Positions 35,556 through 46,857 of a stretch of DNA of 48,153 nt are shown piece by piece. The position numbers were made by a program, and so were the translations under genes. The notes beneath the pieces were generated by a model that saw only the letters and a program-made list of their open reading frames with translations, had not been told where the DNA came from and did no database searches. Source of the stretch: Chiloscyllium plagiosum (lineage: Eukaryota); assembly GCF_004010195.1 (NCBI RefSeq), contig NC_057720.1:8271883-8320035 (forward strand). Reading direction: 5' to 3'. The first letter of the stretch is position 1. Each line of letters opens with the position of its first letter.

Positions 35556-35887
35556 GATAGATTTTTTTTCCTGAAGCAAAAGCTTAAAGAAATATGGGTC
35601 AAAGGCAGGAATATTGAGTTAGAATATGGATTAGCGATGATTTCATTGATTTGCAAAACAGACTCAAGGGGCTGAATGGGCAACTCCTGTTCCTATGTTC
35701 ATCAGTGAGCAACAATAGCAGGATGCTGAGTTCTGGCAAGTCAAAAAAAAAACCTTATCGATCATACAAATGTGTAATGTGGTATATGAGCTACAGTGCC
35801 AGTGTAGCTTTACATTCCAAAGGTTGTCCTTTTACACAGAGAAAGAACGTGTACACACTGAGCCTTTGTAATGAAAAAAAAACACAG

Positions 35888-36239
35888 CATCCATTCTCTG
35901 ATTGACACACATCCACCTCATACAAGCCAAACAGAAACACATGATAATTCCTGGAAGCATGGCATTCCAACCGGAACTCCATCAACAAACACATCGACTT
36001 AGACCCCATCTACCACCCTCTGAGAAAAAGAATAGGAAATGACATTGCCAAGACAGGAATTGACATCACACAGGAAATGACATCACCAACCCAAGGAAAC
36101 CTAAACACATAAATAGAAAGCAGGACACAACACCAGTGCTTCACTGGTGGCTCACTGATGATGTTACCTGGTCTGGTAATGAAACGTCTGAAAATGAGCC
36201 TTCCAGCTCAGCGAGCAAACTTACATCCATTCTCTGATT
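35888..36239 (+). mobile_element. Penelope-like (Poseidon-like) 3' fragment with a 16-bp TSD
   Basis: FLEAWHSNRNSINKHIDLDPIYHPLRKRIGND from 35948 (GIY-YIG C-terminus); GGAAATGACATCAC repeats; CATCCATTCTCTGATT at 35888-35903 and 36224-36239. Confidence 0.88.
36149..36200 (+). ncRNA. Minimal hammerhead ribozyme motif
   Basis: UCA-CUGAUGA-U-GUUACC UGGUCU GGUAAU-GAAAC-GUC-UGA; predicted cleavage after 36188; extra GGCUCA/UGAGCC pairing. Confidence 0.78.
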
Positions 36240-36384
36240 CATTCCTCGGAGGATGCCTTGATCAATCAAAGTCAACCTGTATGGTTTAAATTTGAACAGA
36301 TCTTGGCAGTGAACTGTCAGCCATCATCTAACTGGTGCACTTTCCATAGTAATACTTCTGACAAATCAGAGGCCAGTTTTCTTT

Positions 36385-36600
36385 GTTGAATCATGGGATA
36401 TGGTCACCTTTGGGTAATTTGGCATTTATTGGTCATCCCTAATTACCCAGAGGGCTGTTAAAAGTCACCCACATTGCTGTGGGTCTGGAGTCAACACATG
36501 GGCCAGACCAGCGGAGGTCAGCAGTGAACCCCATAGTACTTTACAATCATGAACAGTGCTTACACGGTCACCATTTGGTCCCAAGCTTCAAAATTCAACT
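36385..36600 (-). mobile_element. SINE B 3' portion
   Basis: GCATTTATTGGTCATCCCTAATTACCCAGAGG..CACATTGCTGTGGGTCTGGAGTCA. Confidence 0.75.
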
Positions 36601-36774
36601 CAGGTTACTCACAAATCAGCACTTTCCTCTCCTCCAGTACAGAACATTGTTTCCTCCTCTACATTGATATTCTTGCAAACATTCTGATCATGTGAAATGG
36701 AAGGTTTCTACAACGTGTCTCTCTTCAACAATTCATGTTTATTTCATTGCTGTCATGAGATTTAAATGCATGTT

Positions 36775-36954
36775 AATGCATGTTAAATGAAAGACCACAG
36801 AAGCACTTCACAGGAGGCTCCCAAGCACTGAGGATGTCACCTAGACAGGGGACGAAACTTCTGCAACACAAATTCCCAGCTCGGCGAACAGAACCACAAC
36901 AATGAGCACCTGACCTGCAAATCTTCTCACAAACTTTGAATGCATGTTAATGAA
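36775..36954 (+). mobile_element. PLE pseudo-LTR fragment with hammerhead motif and a ~16-bp TSD
   Basis: GCA-CTGAGGA-T-GTCACCT AGAC AGGGGAC-GAAAC-TTC-TGC at 36825-36864; AATGCATGTTAA(A)TGAA at 36775-36791 and 36939-36954. Confidence 0.78.
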
Positions 36955-37879
36955 TCATTAGTTCAATAAAATATCTACTTTTCCCTTGTGTTTTAAAATT
37001 TCAAAGTTCTGATTTTCGTTTTATTAAAGTGTGTTAACACTCCTCACTGGACCAGAGGTCAAACATATTTACAATATAATATGAAACCAAACAACAAGTG
37101 ATGTAATTCTAAGCCTGTACTCTGTAGGTAAAGCAACTGATCTTTGTATCTACCGGCCAGGGAATGGAGGGCGGGACTGTGGGTTAGAACATAAAGGAAA
37201 CCAACAAGACTCCTGCCACTCCTATTACTTGTTTAACTGACAAAACCCGAGCAGCAAACACATACGCAAAACATGCCGCCTCCCCTTTCACAAAAAAGGA
37301 CACCCGTAAATATTATCTCAATATTGCAGTTTAAATCTCACTTACATCCACCCCTTCCCTCTCAGATCTGAAATCACCAGCTAAGATCAACAATATTCAT
37401 CACCTTCACTCTTGCAAAACCCCAGCTGCTAAGTATAGATAAATTGAAACCAGCTAGTCTTCTGCACAAATGTCATACACAGAACGCTCGCTTCACCTCA
37501 GATAGCTTTCTGTTCAATGGGTCCCTTGGGTTGTTTCTCTGACATTTCACAGTACATTGTGCAGCTGACTACTACACTTTACTCTCCTGATATCTCACTG
37601 TACAGATTATGTGCTCTGCATTATCATAATTGTTTTGACTGCCCCTTCTGTTCACGCAAATCTAACAATTCTCTGCTGGGGTTTGAAGGGAAATTCAATG
37701 AGATGGTTCTCAAAGGACTTTAGCAAGCAGGGTAGTTATTACCATTAAAAGGCCCTGCTTTCAGTTTTGCGGGGAAATACAGGGCTTGTAAAGCTGAAGA
37801 TAAAATGCAAACAAAAAAATGAATTCATCCTTCATTCAACCATGAGCAAGCTGATGATTATTTTCACCGAAGGCTTTCT

Positions 37880-38190
37880 GCCTGTTCACATGAATGTTAA
37901 AAGATCCCCAGGTGCTATTTGAAGAAGAGCAAGGCAGTCTCCTGATGCTCCTTCATCAGCGAGCAGCAGCAGAAATATAACAGATTGATTCATTCTTTGC
38001 CCGCAGAAGCCCAGGTCTGATGGGCCAGGTGGACCATTGCTCTGCCCTCGAATTCTGCGAGCTCGTCCCATTGCTGTTTATGGAATCTCGGTGTTTAAAT
38101 AGTCACTGCTGCGATCTGCTGACACAGCAACAATGAGTGAACTTGAAAGCAGCTCATTGCGCGCTGGTTCGCAATGAAATGCCTTTTGCC
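37880..38190 (+). mobile_element. Decayed DeuSINE-like fragment with a ~70-bp insertion
   Basis: TAAAAGATCCCCAGGTGCTATTTGAAGAAGAGCA..CATTGCTGTTTATGGAATCT..CTTGAAAGCAGCTCATTG. Confidence 0.55.
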
Positions 38191-38484
38191 CTGGCAATCC
38201 TGTACCAACCCTTTCAAAGAAGCCTCCCTGCCCTTTTGTCTGTCAAATCTTTCAAGTTCATAACCAATTCTATTTTGGGCAATACTATCTGATCTATTTT
38301 GACTGTCCTTGCAGTCACATATCTCAGGATAATTACAACACACTGCAAGAAAGAAAATGGCCCCTCGGATTACCTAACTGATACTTTTGATAATGTTCTG
38401 AAACCTCTGTCCTCTATGTGTTGATCACTTCATCAGTGGAAACATTTTTTTTCAGTATCCTTAATTTTGAATAGCATTGTATAC

Positions 38485-38822
38485 GGGAAAGGCAACAGCC
38501 TGGTGGTATTATCGCTGGCCCTTTTAATCCAGGAAACTCAGCTCATGGTGAACCTGAGTTCAAATCCCACCACAGCAAAAGGGGGAATTTGAATTCAAAG
38601 AAACAATTTGGAATTAAGAGTCAAACGATGACTGTGAAATCATTGCTGATTGTCAGGAACGAGCTATCTGGTTCACTAATGACCTTTAGGGAAGGAAATC
38701 TGCCATCCTTACCTGTTCTGGCCTACATGTGACTTCAGACTCACAGCAATGTGGTTAGGGAGGAGCAATAAATGTTGCCCTGGACAGCGCCACCTTCATC
38801 CCGTCAATGAATAAAAAAGAAA
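38485..38822 (+). mobile_element. SINE B, near full length
   Basis: Head GCCTGGTGGTATTATCGCTGG..GAGTTCAAATCCC (B box); tail GCAATAAATGTTGCCC..ATGAATAAAAAA. Confidence 0.85.
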
Positions 38823-39104
38823 TATACTTTCAATTTAACAGAGTCATGAGATGCTGCACTTGGCATGCTATTACATAGAAAATACTGGTTTTTGAACAAT
38901 TTTTGTATAAGTTTTTGCAGTGAGCATTCACAGGCTATAGCCAACTAAACTGAATAACAGACTGGTTTTGTCTTTGCCCTGGGTTTCTGCAAAAGTGTTT
39001 ACCAGCAACAGCACCAGCTAGTAATCAGGAGAAAGTTCAGATCTGGTGTTCTCTCCCTTACTTCAGGCCAGTTATCATGCTCCAGTCCACGCTCTGAGGA
39101 AAAT

Positions 39105-39545
39105 AAAGAAAGACCATACATGCACTTATGTACTGCCTTTCACTAGTTCACACACCCTAACATTTTTCACAGATAATGAACAGTGATTGCAAAGTGATCA
39201 CTGCTATGATACAGAGAGACACTGTGTTCCATTGACCAGCAATATTTCAAGGACCAGGTCATCTATGTTGGAGGCTGTTGGTTAATGATTATCTCAGGGT
39301 AACAGGGGAAATCTTCCCCCCTCCTTCTTTAAATTGATGATGTGAGATCTTTTGTCGAAAAGTGCACATTGATCTCTATTTTGGGATGTCATGCAAAAGA
39401 TGACACCTCCAGCAATGTAGCAATCCCCTAATACAAACACTGGGAGTGTTCATCTTGATTTTGTAACTCAATTGCCTGGAAGAGGATTTAAAACTAAAAC
39501 CTGCAGACTCCGAGGAAAGTGTTATCAACTGAGACCAGCTGAAAC
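39105..39545 (-). mobile_element. SacSINE1/DeuSINE-like SINE (old)
   Basis: Colinear on minus with 13050-13470 and 27360-27870 (GAGATCTTTT, AAAGATGACACCTCCAGCAATGTAGCA, head TCTCAGTTGATAACAC). Confidence 0.6.
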
Positions 39546-40829
39546 CTCAATGTTCCTGGCCTTTCTAGCTTAGTGACTTGCTGTCGTAATGAGTTGAACC
39601 ATCAGGAGAGCTTTTTGAGGAGTTTAAAATAATTGCACTATGTTGCTAGATTTAAAAAAAAACTTTGTGATTGTATAAGCCTTTATGATGTATCACACTG
39701 AGTCTTAATGAATCCCTGAAGTTGTATTGCTTGCAGCTGATTCTAACTTAATAGAAATATTGCATGAAATATTTATGAAAAAGTTTTAATGCAACATCAT
39801 GGGAAGTTTAAACCCTACTTTAAATGTGACCTACGGTACTTATGTTTAGCACACAGAATAACTGTGAGAAATAAAAGTTTGGCTTCAGCCTAATGAGACC
39901 TGCTCCCAACAATTGACTTAATTGGTGTTTAGACAGTATGGGCTAACCTATTATTACCAGATGGATTGACAGACTATTCTGTCCACTGGCTATACAGGTC
40001 TGAGTTTAAATAAGCTCGAGCAAACTCAAAGAGCACTGGCTAAATACCACAAAAGTTTTACTTCAGGTGCCAGCACTAAATTTTCAATCTCGCATAGATA
40101 GGGGAGTTGGTGTAAGAAATAGAAACTCGCAGAATTGCATCAGGCAATATTCTGCTGAGATCGGAGCTGAGGTTAATTGTAGTGTTGCTGAGCGGCTTGA
40201 TGCTGACACTGGGTGCAGGAAAATATTCCATTCAGGCGATCATAGTGCTCCATCTCAGAGAGGTTAGAATACTGGATGTCAAACACGCGAGCAGGGATAA
40301 ACGGCTTAATGAGTGCCTAAAGTATTACTCACACAGTAAATAAATCATGATAAAATACACAGAGATTGGTTCTGGGATGTATCACATGAGAAAATCAAGG
40401 TTGGTACGCTCCCCGCTGTTTTGAGGAAGTGTTGTGTGCCATCTTGTTTGGATGGCCTTCTGTCTGCTTGTAGAAGTTGGAGTGACAGAGGTCATGGTCC
40501 CATTGTGAAGGTAATCAGGGAGCTCTCCACATCCTAGTCACCAGTGAAAACAAAAAGCCTTGGTGTTCATGTTCTTGCCGTATGGTGCTCCTTGCCGGTA
40601 CAAAATGACATGACTACACAGCAGCTTAGAACTGAGGAACAGGGCCAGGCCATTCAACCCATCTGGTCAGCTCTGCTATTTAATTAGATCATGACTGATC
40701 TTTTGACTCAATGTTGCATTCTCCATACTCCTTGAAGATATTAGCCTTCAGAAATGTATTAATCTTTGTCTTCGACATATTCGATGATTGAGCTGCCATG
40801 GCCCTCTGGGTTGAAAATACCAAGGAGGA

Positions 40830-41120
40830 GCGAGTGGACCAAATGGCAAAGGTGTCCAGATAAAAGACATAGTAGGTGCTCATGGGAGTACAGGAGAGAC
40901 ATAGATGTAAGTTAGGTGTCAATGGTAGGTGTGAATATCAAAAGGTAGGACAGCGCTGCTGGGAAACAATGCAAATTAGATACTGGGGAGAGAGGAGGGA
41001 GTGGAACCATAATGGAGGATGCAGGTTTGAAGTTGTTGAACTCAACATTGAGTGCTGCAGTCTGTAGGTACATTGGTAGAAAACAAGGTGCTGTTTATTC
41101 AGCTTGTATTTTGCTTAAAC
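40830..41120 (-). mobile_element. Highly decayed PLE 3' fragment
   Basis: Minus strand ..LQTAALNVEFNNF resembles LQPQGINVD / LQHYGLNIEF of the other PLE copies. Confidence 0.5.
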
Positions 41121-41254
41121 ACAGTCTGCTACTCTAAAAATACTCTGGTTTTTCCTATTTTCATCTTTCTGTCCATCAATCAATTATCAAACTATACAAG
41201 TACATTATTCTCGATCCCATTAACTTTATTCATGCACCTCTTGAGTGGGACCTG

Positions 41255-41500
41255 ATTAGGTTAAATTAGATTACTTACAGTGTGGAAACAAGCCCTTTGG
41301 CCCAACAAGTACACACTGACCCATCGAAACGCAACCCACCCAGACCCATTCCCGACATTTACCTTTTCACCTAACACTACGGGCAATTTAGCGTGGCCAA
41401 TTCACCTAACTTGCACATTTTTGGACTGTGGGAGGAAACCGGAGCACCCGGAGGAAACCCACGCAGACACGGGGAGAATGTGCAAACTCCACATAGGCAG
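41255..41500 (-). mobile_element. HE1-type V-SINE (5'-truncated, young)
   Basis: GGACTGTGGGAGGAAACCGGAGCACCCGGAGGAAACCCACGCAGACACGGGGAGAATGTGCAAACTCCACA with CpGs retained. Confidence 0.92.
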
Positions 41501-43823
41501 CTAGTCAAAAACATTCTGAAAATCCAAATACACCACATCTGCTTTATCTATGCTACAAGTATGGTAACTATGGTAACCTCAACCAGTGTTGGCAACATTC
41601 TGCATTTCAAAGCAGTCATCCACCCAACTGAACTAACCATCCCTGTCACTAGCACATACCTGAGCTTAAATAGATTCAGCTTAAAGTAACTTCTTCAGGG
41701 TTTTATCCCAATACTGCTGGTTTGGAACTAGCATGAACTTTTTATCCAAGGTTCACTTTGTCCTTCCCTTCTCAGGAGCAGTTTTCCTTACTGCTATCTT
41801 CAGCCCAGGAAATTTGCAGAACTGCTCAAAACTCAAAGCAAAACTGGAAAAGAATCTCTCTCTGAGCTGTCTCTCTTAAGCTGAAATAGACAAGCTGTGG
41901 AAGTTCCCAGCAAGCTTTAAAAGACCTAATTATTTATCTTGCTGGCTTGTGAAACAATCAAAGATAAGCAAAAATCCATTAATGGTGCCCAAAAATCTAA
42001 TAATTATAAAGCTCAAAAACTGATTTAATATAAATCACCATGGCTGCAGAAATACTTTATTAGAAGTTAATTATTTCAAGTTAATTGCAATACACAGAAA
42101 ACTCATATGTTACTGACACAGAAACCTAAACTCACCATACGCAATGTTAAAAATATATATGAGTCACACAGTCTACATCACAGTCCCTTCTTAAACAGTG
42201 TGGCTGCATTCTTTCCAGTTTCCAAAACCTTCCAGAATCTATAGAATTTTGGAAGACAATCGCCAATGCATCCATTATCTCTATTGTCATCTCCTTTAAC
42301 TCTCTGGGATGTATTTAATCATATTGAGGGGATTTATCAACCTCTTATCCAGTTAAGTTTTCAAATAATTTACTACAGTTGCTCAGTTTCACAAGTTGCC
42401 TGTTTTTTCCCGGGTACTTCCTTCTGTGAAAACAGATGCAGTGTACGTCAATGCAATTCATATATGGGAAGGTCTTCGAAATACTTGCGAGAGAGATAGA
42501 CCAGTAGTAAGTTTGACTTTCAATCAACTGAGCATTGTCAAATTGTTTTAATTCTATAACTGCGCTTCAAGGAGCAATTTCAAAACTCAGAGCAAAGCCT
42601 GATGGAACTTGAGAGGATCTGTATTTCTGGTGTAGCTGCTGCATCCACTTTCTACAACTCCCTTCTCTTTACAAAAAGGCAGCATTGCTGAACATTGGAT
42701 ACAGACTCTCTCCTATCCTGTGTTACTCAGTTTTGACAGGGGAAACAAATTGGTGCATGCTTGACTGCAGACTATTAGATTTAGTCTCATAAAGGTCTCA
42801 GGAAAAATATTCCACTTGGGTGGAAGATGAATGGGGTTCGTTTGGGATCAGGTTTTTGAAGATTACAGACCCTGTAGTGAGAGATTCGAACCAACTCAAT
42901 CCATTGTGGAAAATTTGGTAATGTCATTTTACAGTTGGCATAGCTTCCAGGCTCCAAGGTGCTACTGATAATTGACCAGCCTGTCTGGCTCATTCATCCT
43001 AATCTACAGGGATAAACCTATCACTGAAAGTTGGAATCCTTCCTATTTAAATCAAGATAATTATGCCAGTGGATAATAGGGGAAATAGCAAGCTGATAAT
43101 CTTCATGATGTAAGGTGTTTAAATCCCACATTCACCCTTAGGATCTCTAAGCTTCGACTACTGCCAACATTCTATGCCTAGATTCATTTGGATTGAAGAC
43201 AGTGTGTTTATGAAAAGAGGGAATTTAGTCCACTTTAGGTCAGTGTACCTTTATTTCTATGGATTTTCTGGGGTTTAGTTGGAGACTGAGGGAAAAGTCA
43301 TGTTTACCACTCACATTGAGGTCAGTTTACCATTACATCTCCAAGAGTCTGATTTTCCACTGCCAAAGAGATTACGAGGTGTTCAATAACAACAATGTAG
43401 TGGGAATGTGTCATGAGTTCAGACCTCCACACTCTATAAAAGGGTTTAGAGGCATTGACAAGAGTACAAAAGGATGTACTCAATAACAATGAGAGGAGTT
43501 TGTATCAGGAAAACTTGAATATGCTGTAGATTTTCTAATGTGGAAAGACCAAAAGGTGAACAGATGTAAAAACTTACACTCCATACAAACCTCCTTCCCA
43601 GGCATCTTCCTCAAAACTCATCACCTTTCTCTCTCATGTTCCTCTAGCTCCCCATTTAATGCATCAAAGTTGTTGATCTCAACTGGTTATTGATGTGGTC
43701 AAAGTCCAAAAGATGTATTTTCTGAAATCAGTGTCATTTTATCTAACCTTAGGACTCTTGGTTCCTATCTCCCCTATCTCTACGACATCTACTCTATTGA
43801 ATACTTCATAATCCTCAATCAAT

Positions 43824-44060
43824 TCACCTCTAAAACAATGAAAATAGGAAGTGCTGGAGAAATGCAATAGATATTGACACCATCTGTAGAGAGAAAAACA
43901 GAGTTAACATCTTGAGCCCAATGACCCTCCATCACTGGACTCTAATGTCATTTTGATTTTTCTCTCTATAGATGCTGTCAGACCTGTTGAGTTTCTCCAG
44001 CACTCGCTGATTGTGTTTCAGATTTCCAGCATCCATATTTCTTTGTGTTTATCTCACCTC
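43824..44060. mobile_element. Old inverted-duplicated PLE terminus inside a decayed CR1
   Basis: AGTGCTGGAGAAA..CATCTGTAGAGAGAAAAA versus TTTTTCTCTCTATAGATG..TTTCTCCAGCACT; TCACCTC at both flanks. Confidence 0.65.
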
Positions 44061-44432
44061 AGTCTTCTGTTGCTTAGACAAAAGTGTCCCAGCCTGTTCA
44101 AGCTTTGTTAATATTCATAGCTTTCCAGTTTAGTGCTTGGTGGAACATCACTGATTGGATCATTGTATGCAACAGGCAATATATCAGGAAATTACAGGCA
44201 CTTTGCTATGTTTTCTCAGACTCGTGGAAGGCTTATTGTAGAGTTCTCCGGGGACCAGTATTGAGAGCTTTGCTTTTTCTGATGAATGTTAATTATTTAA
44301 ATCTTGGAGTATAGGTGACAATGTCAAAGTTTGTGGATGATACAAATCCTGGAAGCTTTATACACTGTGAGGAGGACAGTGTAGAACTTATTCAAATGAG
44401 TACTGACAAATTAGTGGAGTGGGTGGATAGGT

Positions 44433-46378
44433 AGAACAAAGAAAATTACAGCACAGGAACAGGCCCTTCAGCCCTCCAAGCCTGCACCGATCCAGATCCT
44501 CTATCTAAATCTGTTGCCAATTTTTGAAGTGTCTGCATCCCTCTGCTCCCTGCCCATTCATGAATCTGTCGAGATACATCTTAAATAACGCTATCATGCC
44601 TACCTTTACCACCTCCGCTTGGCATGTGTTCCAGGCACCCACCACCCTCTGTGTAAAGAACTTTCCATGCATATCTCCCTTAAACTTTTCCCCTTTCACC
44701 TTGAATTCATGACCCCTCGTAATTGAGTCCCCAGCTCTGGGAAAAAGCTTCTTGCTATCCAGCTTATCTATACCTCTCATGATTAAGTAGACCGCAATCA
44801 GGTGCCCCCTCAACCTCCGCCTTCCTAATGAAAATAATCCTAACCAACTCAAACTCTCTTCATAGCTAGCACCCTCCATACCAGGCACCGTTCAGGTGAA
44901 CCTCCTCTGCACTCTCTCCAAAGCATCCACATCCTTTTGGTAATGTGGCGTCCAGAACTGTATGTAGTATTCCAAATGTGGCTGAACCAAAGTCTTATAC
45001 AACTGTAAGATGACCTGCCAACTCTTGTACTCAATTCCCCAGCTGATGAAGGAAAGCGTGCTGTATGCCTTCTTGACCACTCTATCAACCTGCACTGCCA
45101 CCTTCAGGGTACAATGAGCCTGAACACCCAGATCTCATCAGTTTTTCCCAGTGTGTTGCCATTTACCGAATGTGGCTTTCCCCTCCAGGATAGAGTCACC
45201 CTCTTCCCACCCCCACCCCCACAAACACAGATGTACTTAGGTTGAAATTGAAGTGATCACATAATAATGTATTGGGACTTTAAGTGGGGATTGGGGTGGC
45301 GGGGGAGGAGATGGTGCGGAGGGGGTACTTAATAGCTTGACATTCAGGCAAAAGTATCACTCTGCAAAGGTTATTCAGGGAAGCAGGGAGCAATGTTTTT
45401 GTTGAATTGGATCTTCCAAAGTGCATCACCTTGCATTTGCATGGATTGAACTGCATTTGCCATTTCTCTGCCCAACTCTCCAATCTATCTATATTTTGCT
45501 GCACCCTCTGACAGTCCCATTCACTATCTGCTACTCCACCAATCTTAGTGTCACCTGCAAATTTGCTAATCAGATCACTTATACCTTCCTCCAGATCATT
45601 TATTTATATCACAAACAACAGTGGTCCCAACATGAATCCGAATGTGGAACACCACTGGTCACAGGTCTCCATTTTGAGAAACTCCCTTCCACTACTTTGA
45701 TAAGGCCTTACTGAAGTCCATGTATATGACATCTACAGCCCTTCCCTCATCAATCAACTTTGCCACTTCCTCAAAGAATTCTTCTAAGTTGATAAGTCAT
45801 GACCATATCTGCGCAAACCCATGTTGCCTATCACTAATAAGCCCATTTTCTTCCAAATGTAAATAGATCCAATCCCTCAGTATCTTCTCCAGCAGCTTCC
45901 CTTCCGCTAAAGCTCACCGTTCTATAATTACGTGGATTATCCCTGCTTATACAAGGGGACAACATTAGCAATTCTCTAGTCCTCTGGGACCTCACCTGTG
46001 TTCAAGGATACTGCAAAGATATGTTAAGGCTCCAGCTATTTCCTCTCTTGCTTCCCTCAGTGACCTGAGATAGTTCCCATCCAGACCTGTGGACTTGTCC
46101 ATCTTAATGTCTTTTAGAATACCCAACACCTCCTCCCTCCTTATGCCAGCTTGACCTAGAGTAACCAAACATGTATCCCTAACCTCAACATCCGTCATGT
46201 CTCTCTCCTCGGTGAATACCGATGCAACATACTCATTAAGAATCTCATCCATTTTCTCTGATTCCACATGTAACTTTCCTCCTTTGTCCTTGAGTGGGCC
46301 AACCCTTTCTCTAGTTACCATCTTGCTTCTTATATACGAATAACAGGCTTTGGGATTTTCATTAACCTTGTTTGCTAA
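44433..46378 (-). mobile_element. CR1-type LINE ~1.9 kb fragment, the longest in the window, with frameshifts and deletions
   Basis: ORFs 45992-46321 (VGPLKDKGG..EILNEY..DKSTGLDG), 45280-45504 (WAEKWQMQFNPCKC), 44892-45101 (LYKTLVQPHLEY), 44505-44888. Confidence 0.93.
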
Positions 46379-46857
46379 TGAAGGAGAAATGTGAGGTGAT
46401 ATGGTTTGGTACAGTATACAGTACCATGAAGTATACAGTAAAGACTACTACTCTAAATGGTATGCAGCAGCAGAAAGACCTGAATATATGTGTACAGAAG
46501 TCATTAAAGGTACTAGAACAGATGGAGAGTTTGGATAGAAAACAGTATCCCAAGCCTTAATCATAGGGGTCGAGAGTACAAGAGCAGGGAAGTTATGTTG
46601 AATCTGCACAAGACAGTAGGTAGATCTCACCTTGGGTATTGTGCACAGTTCTGGGTACTATACTTAGGAACAACATGAATATATTGGAGAAAGTGTCAAA
46701 GAAGCTTATGAGGATGGTTTCAGGAACAAGAAACTTTAGTTTTGAAGATAGACTAGAGAAGTTGGGACTGATTTTTTGAGGAGGAGGAAGCTAAGTGGAG
46801 ATTTGATTCAAGTTATGAAAAACACGAGAGATCAAGACAGGGGAGATAGGGAAGAAT

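Noticed and set aside
40067..40267. 66-aa ORF after an AG acceptor
   Set aside because: No recognisable domain; length expected by chance.
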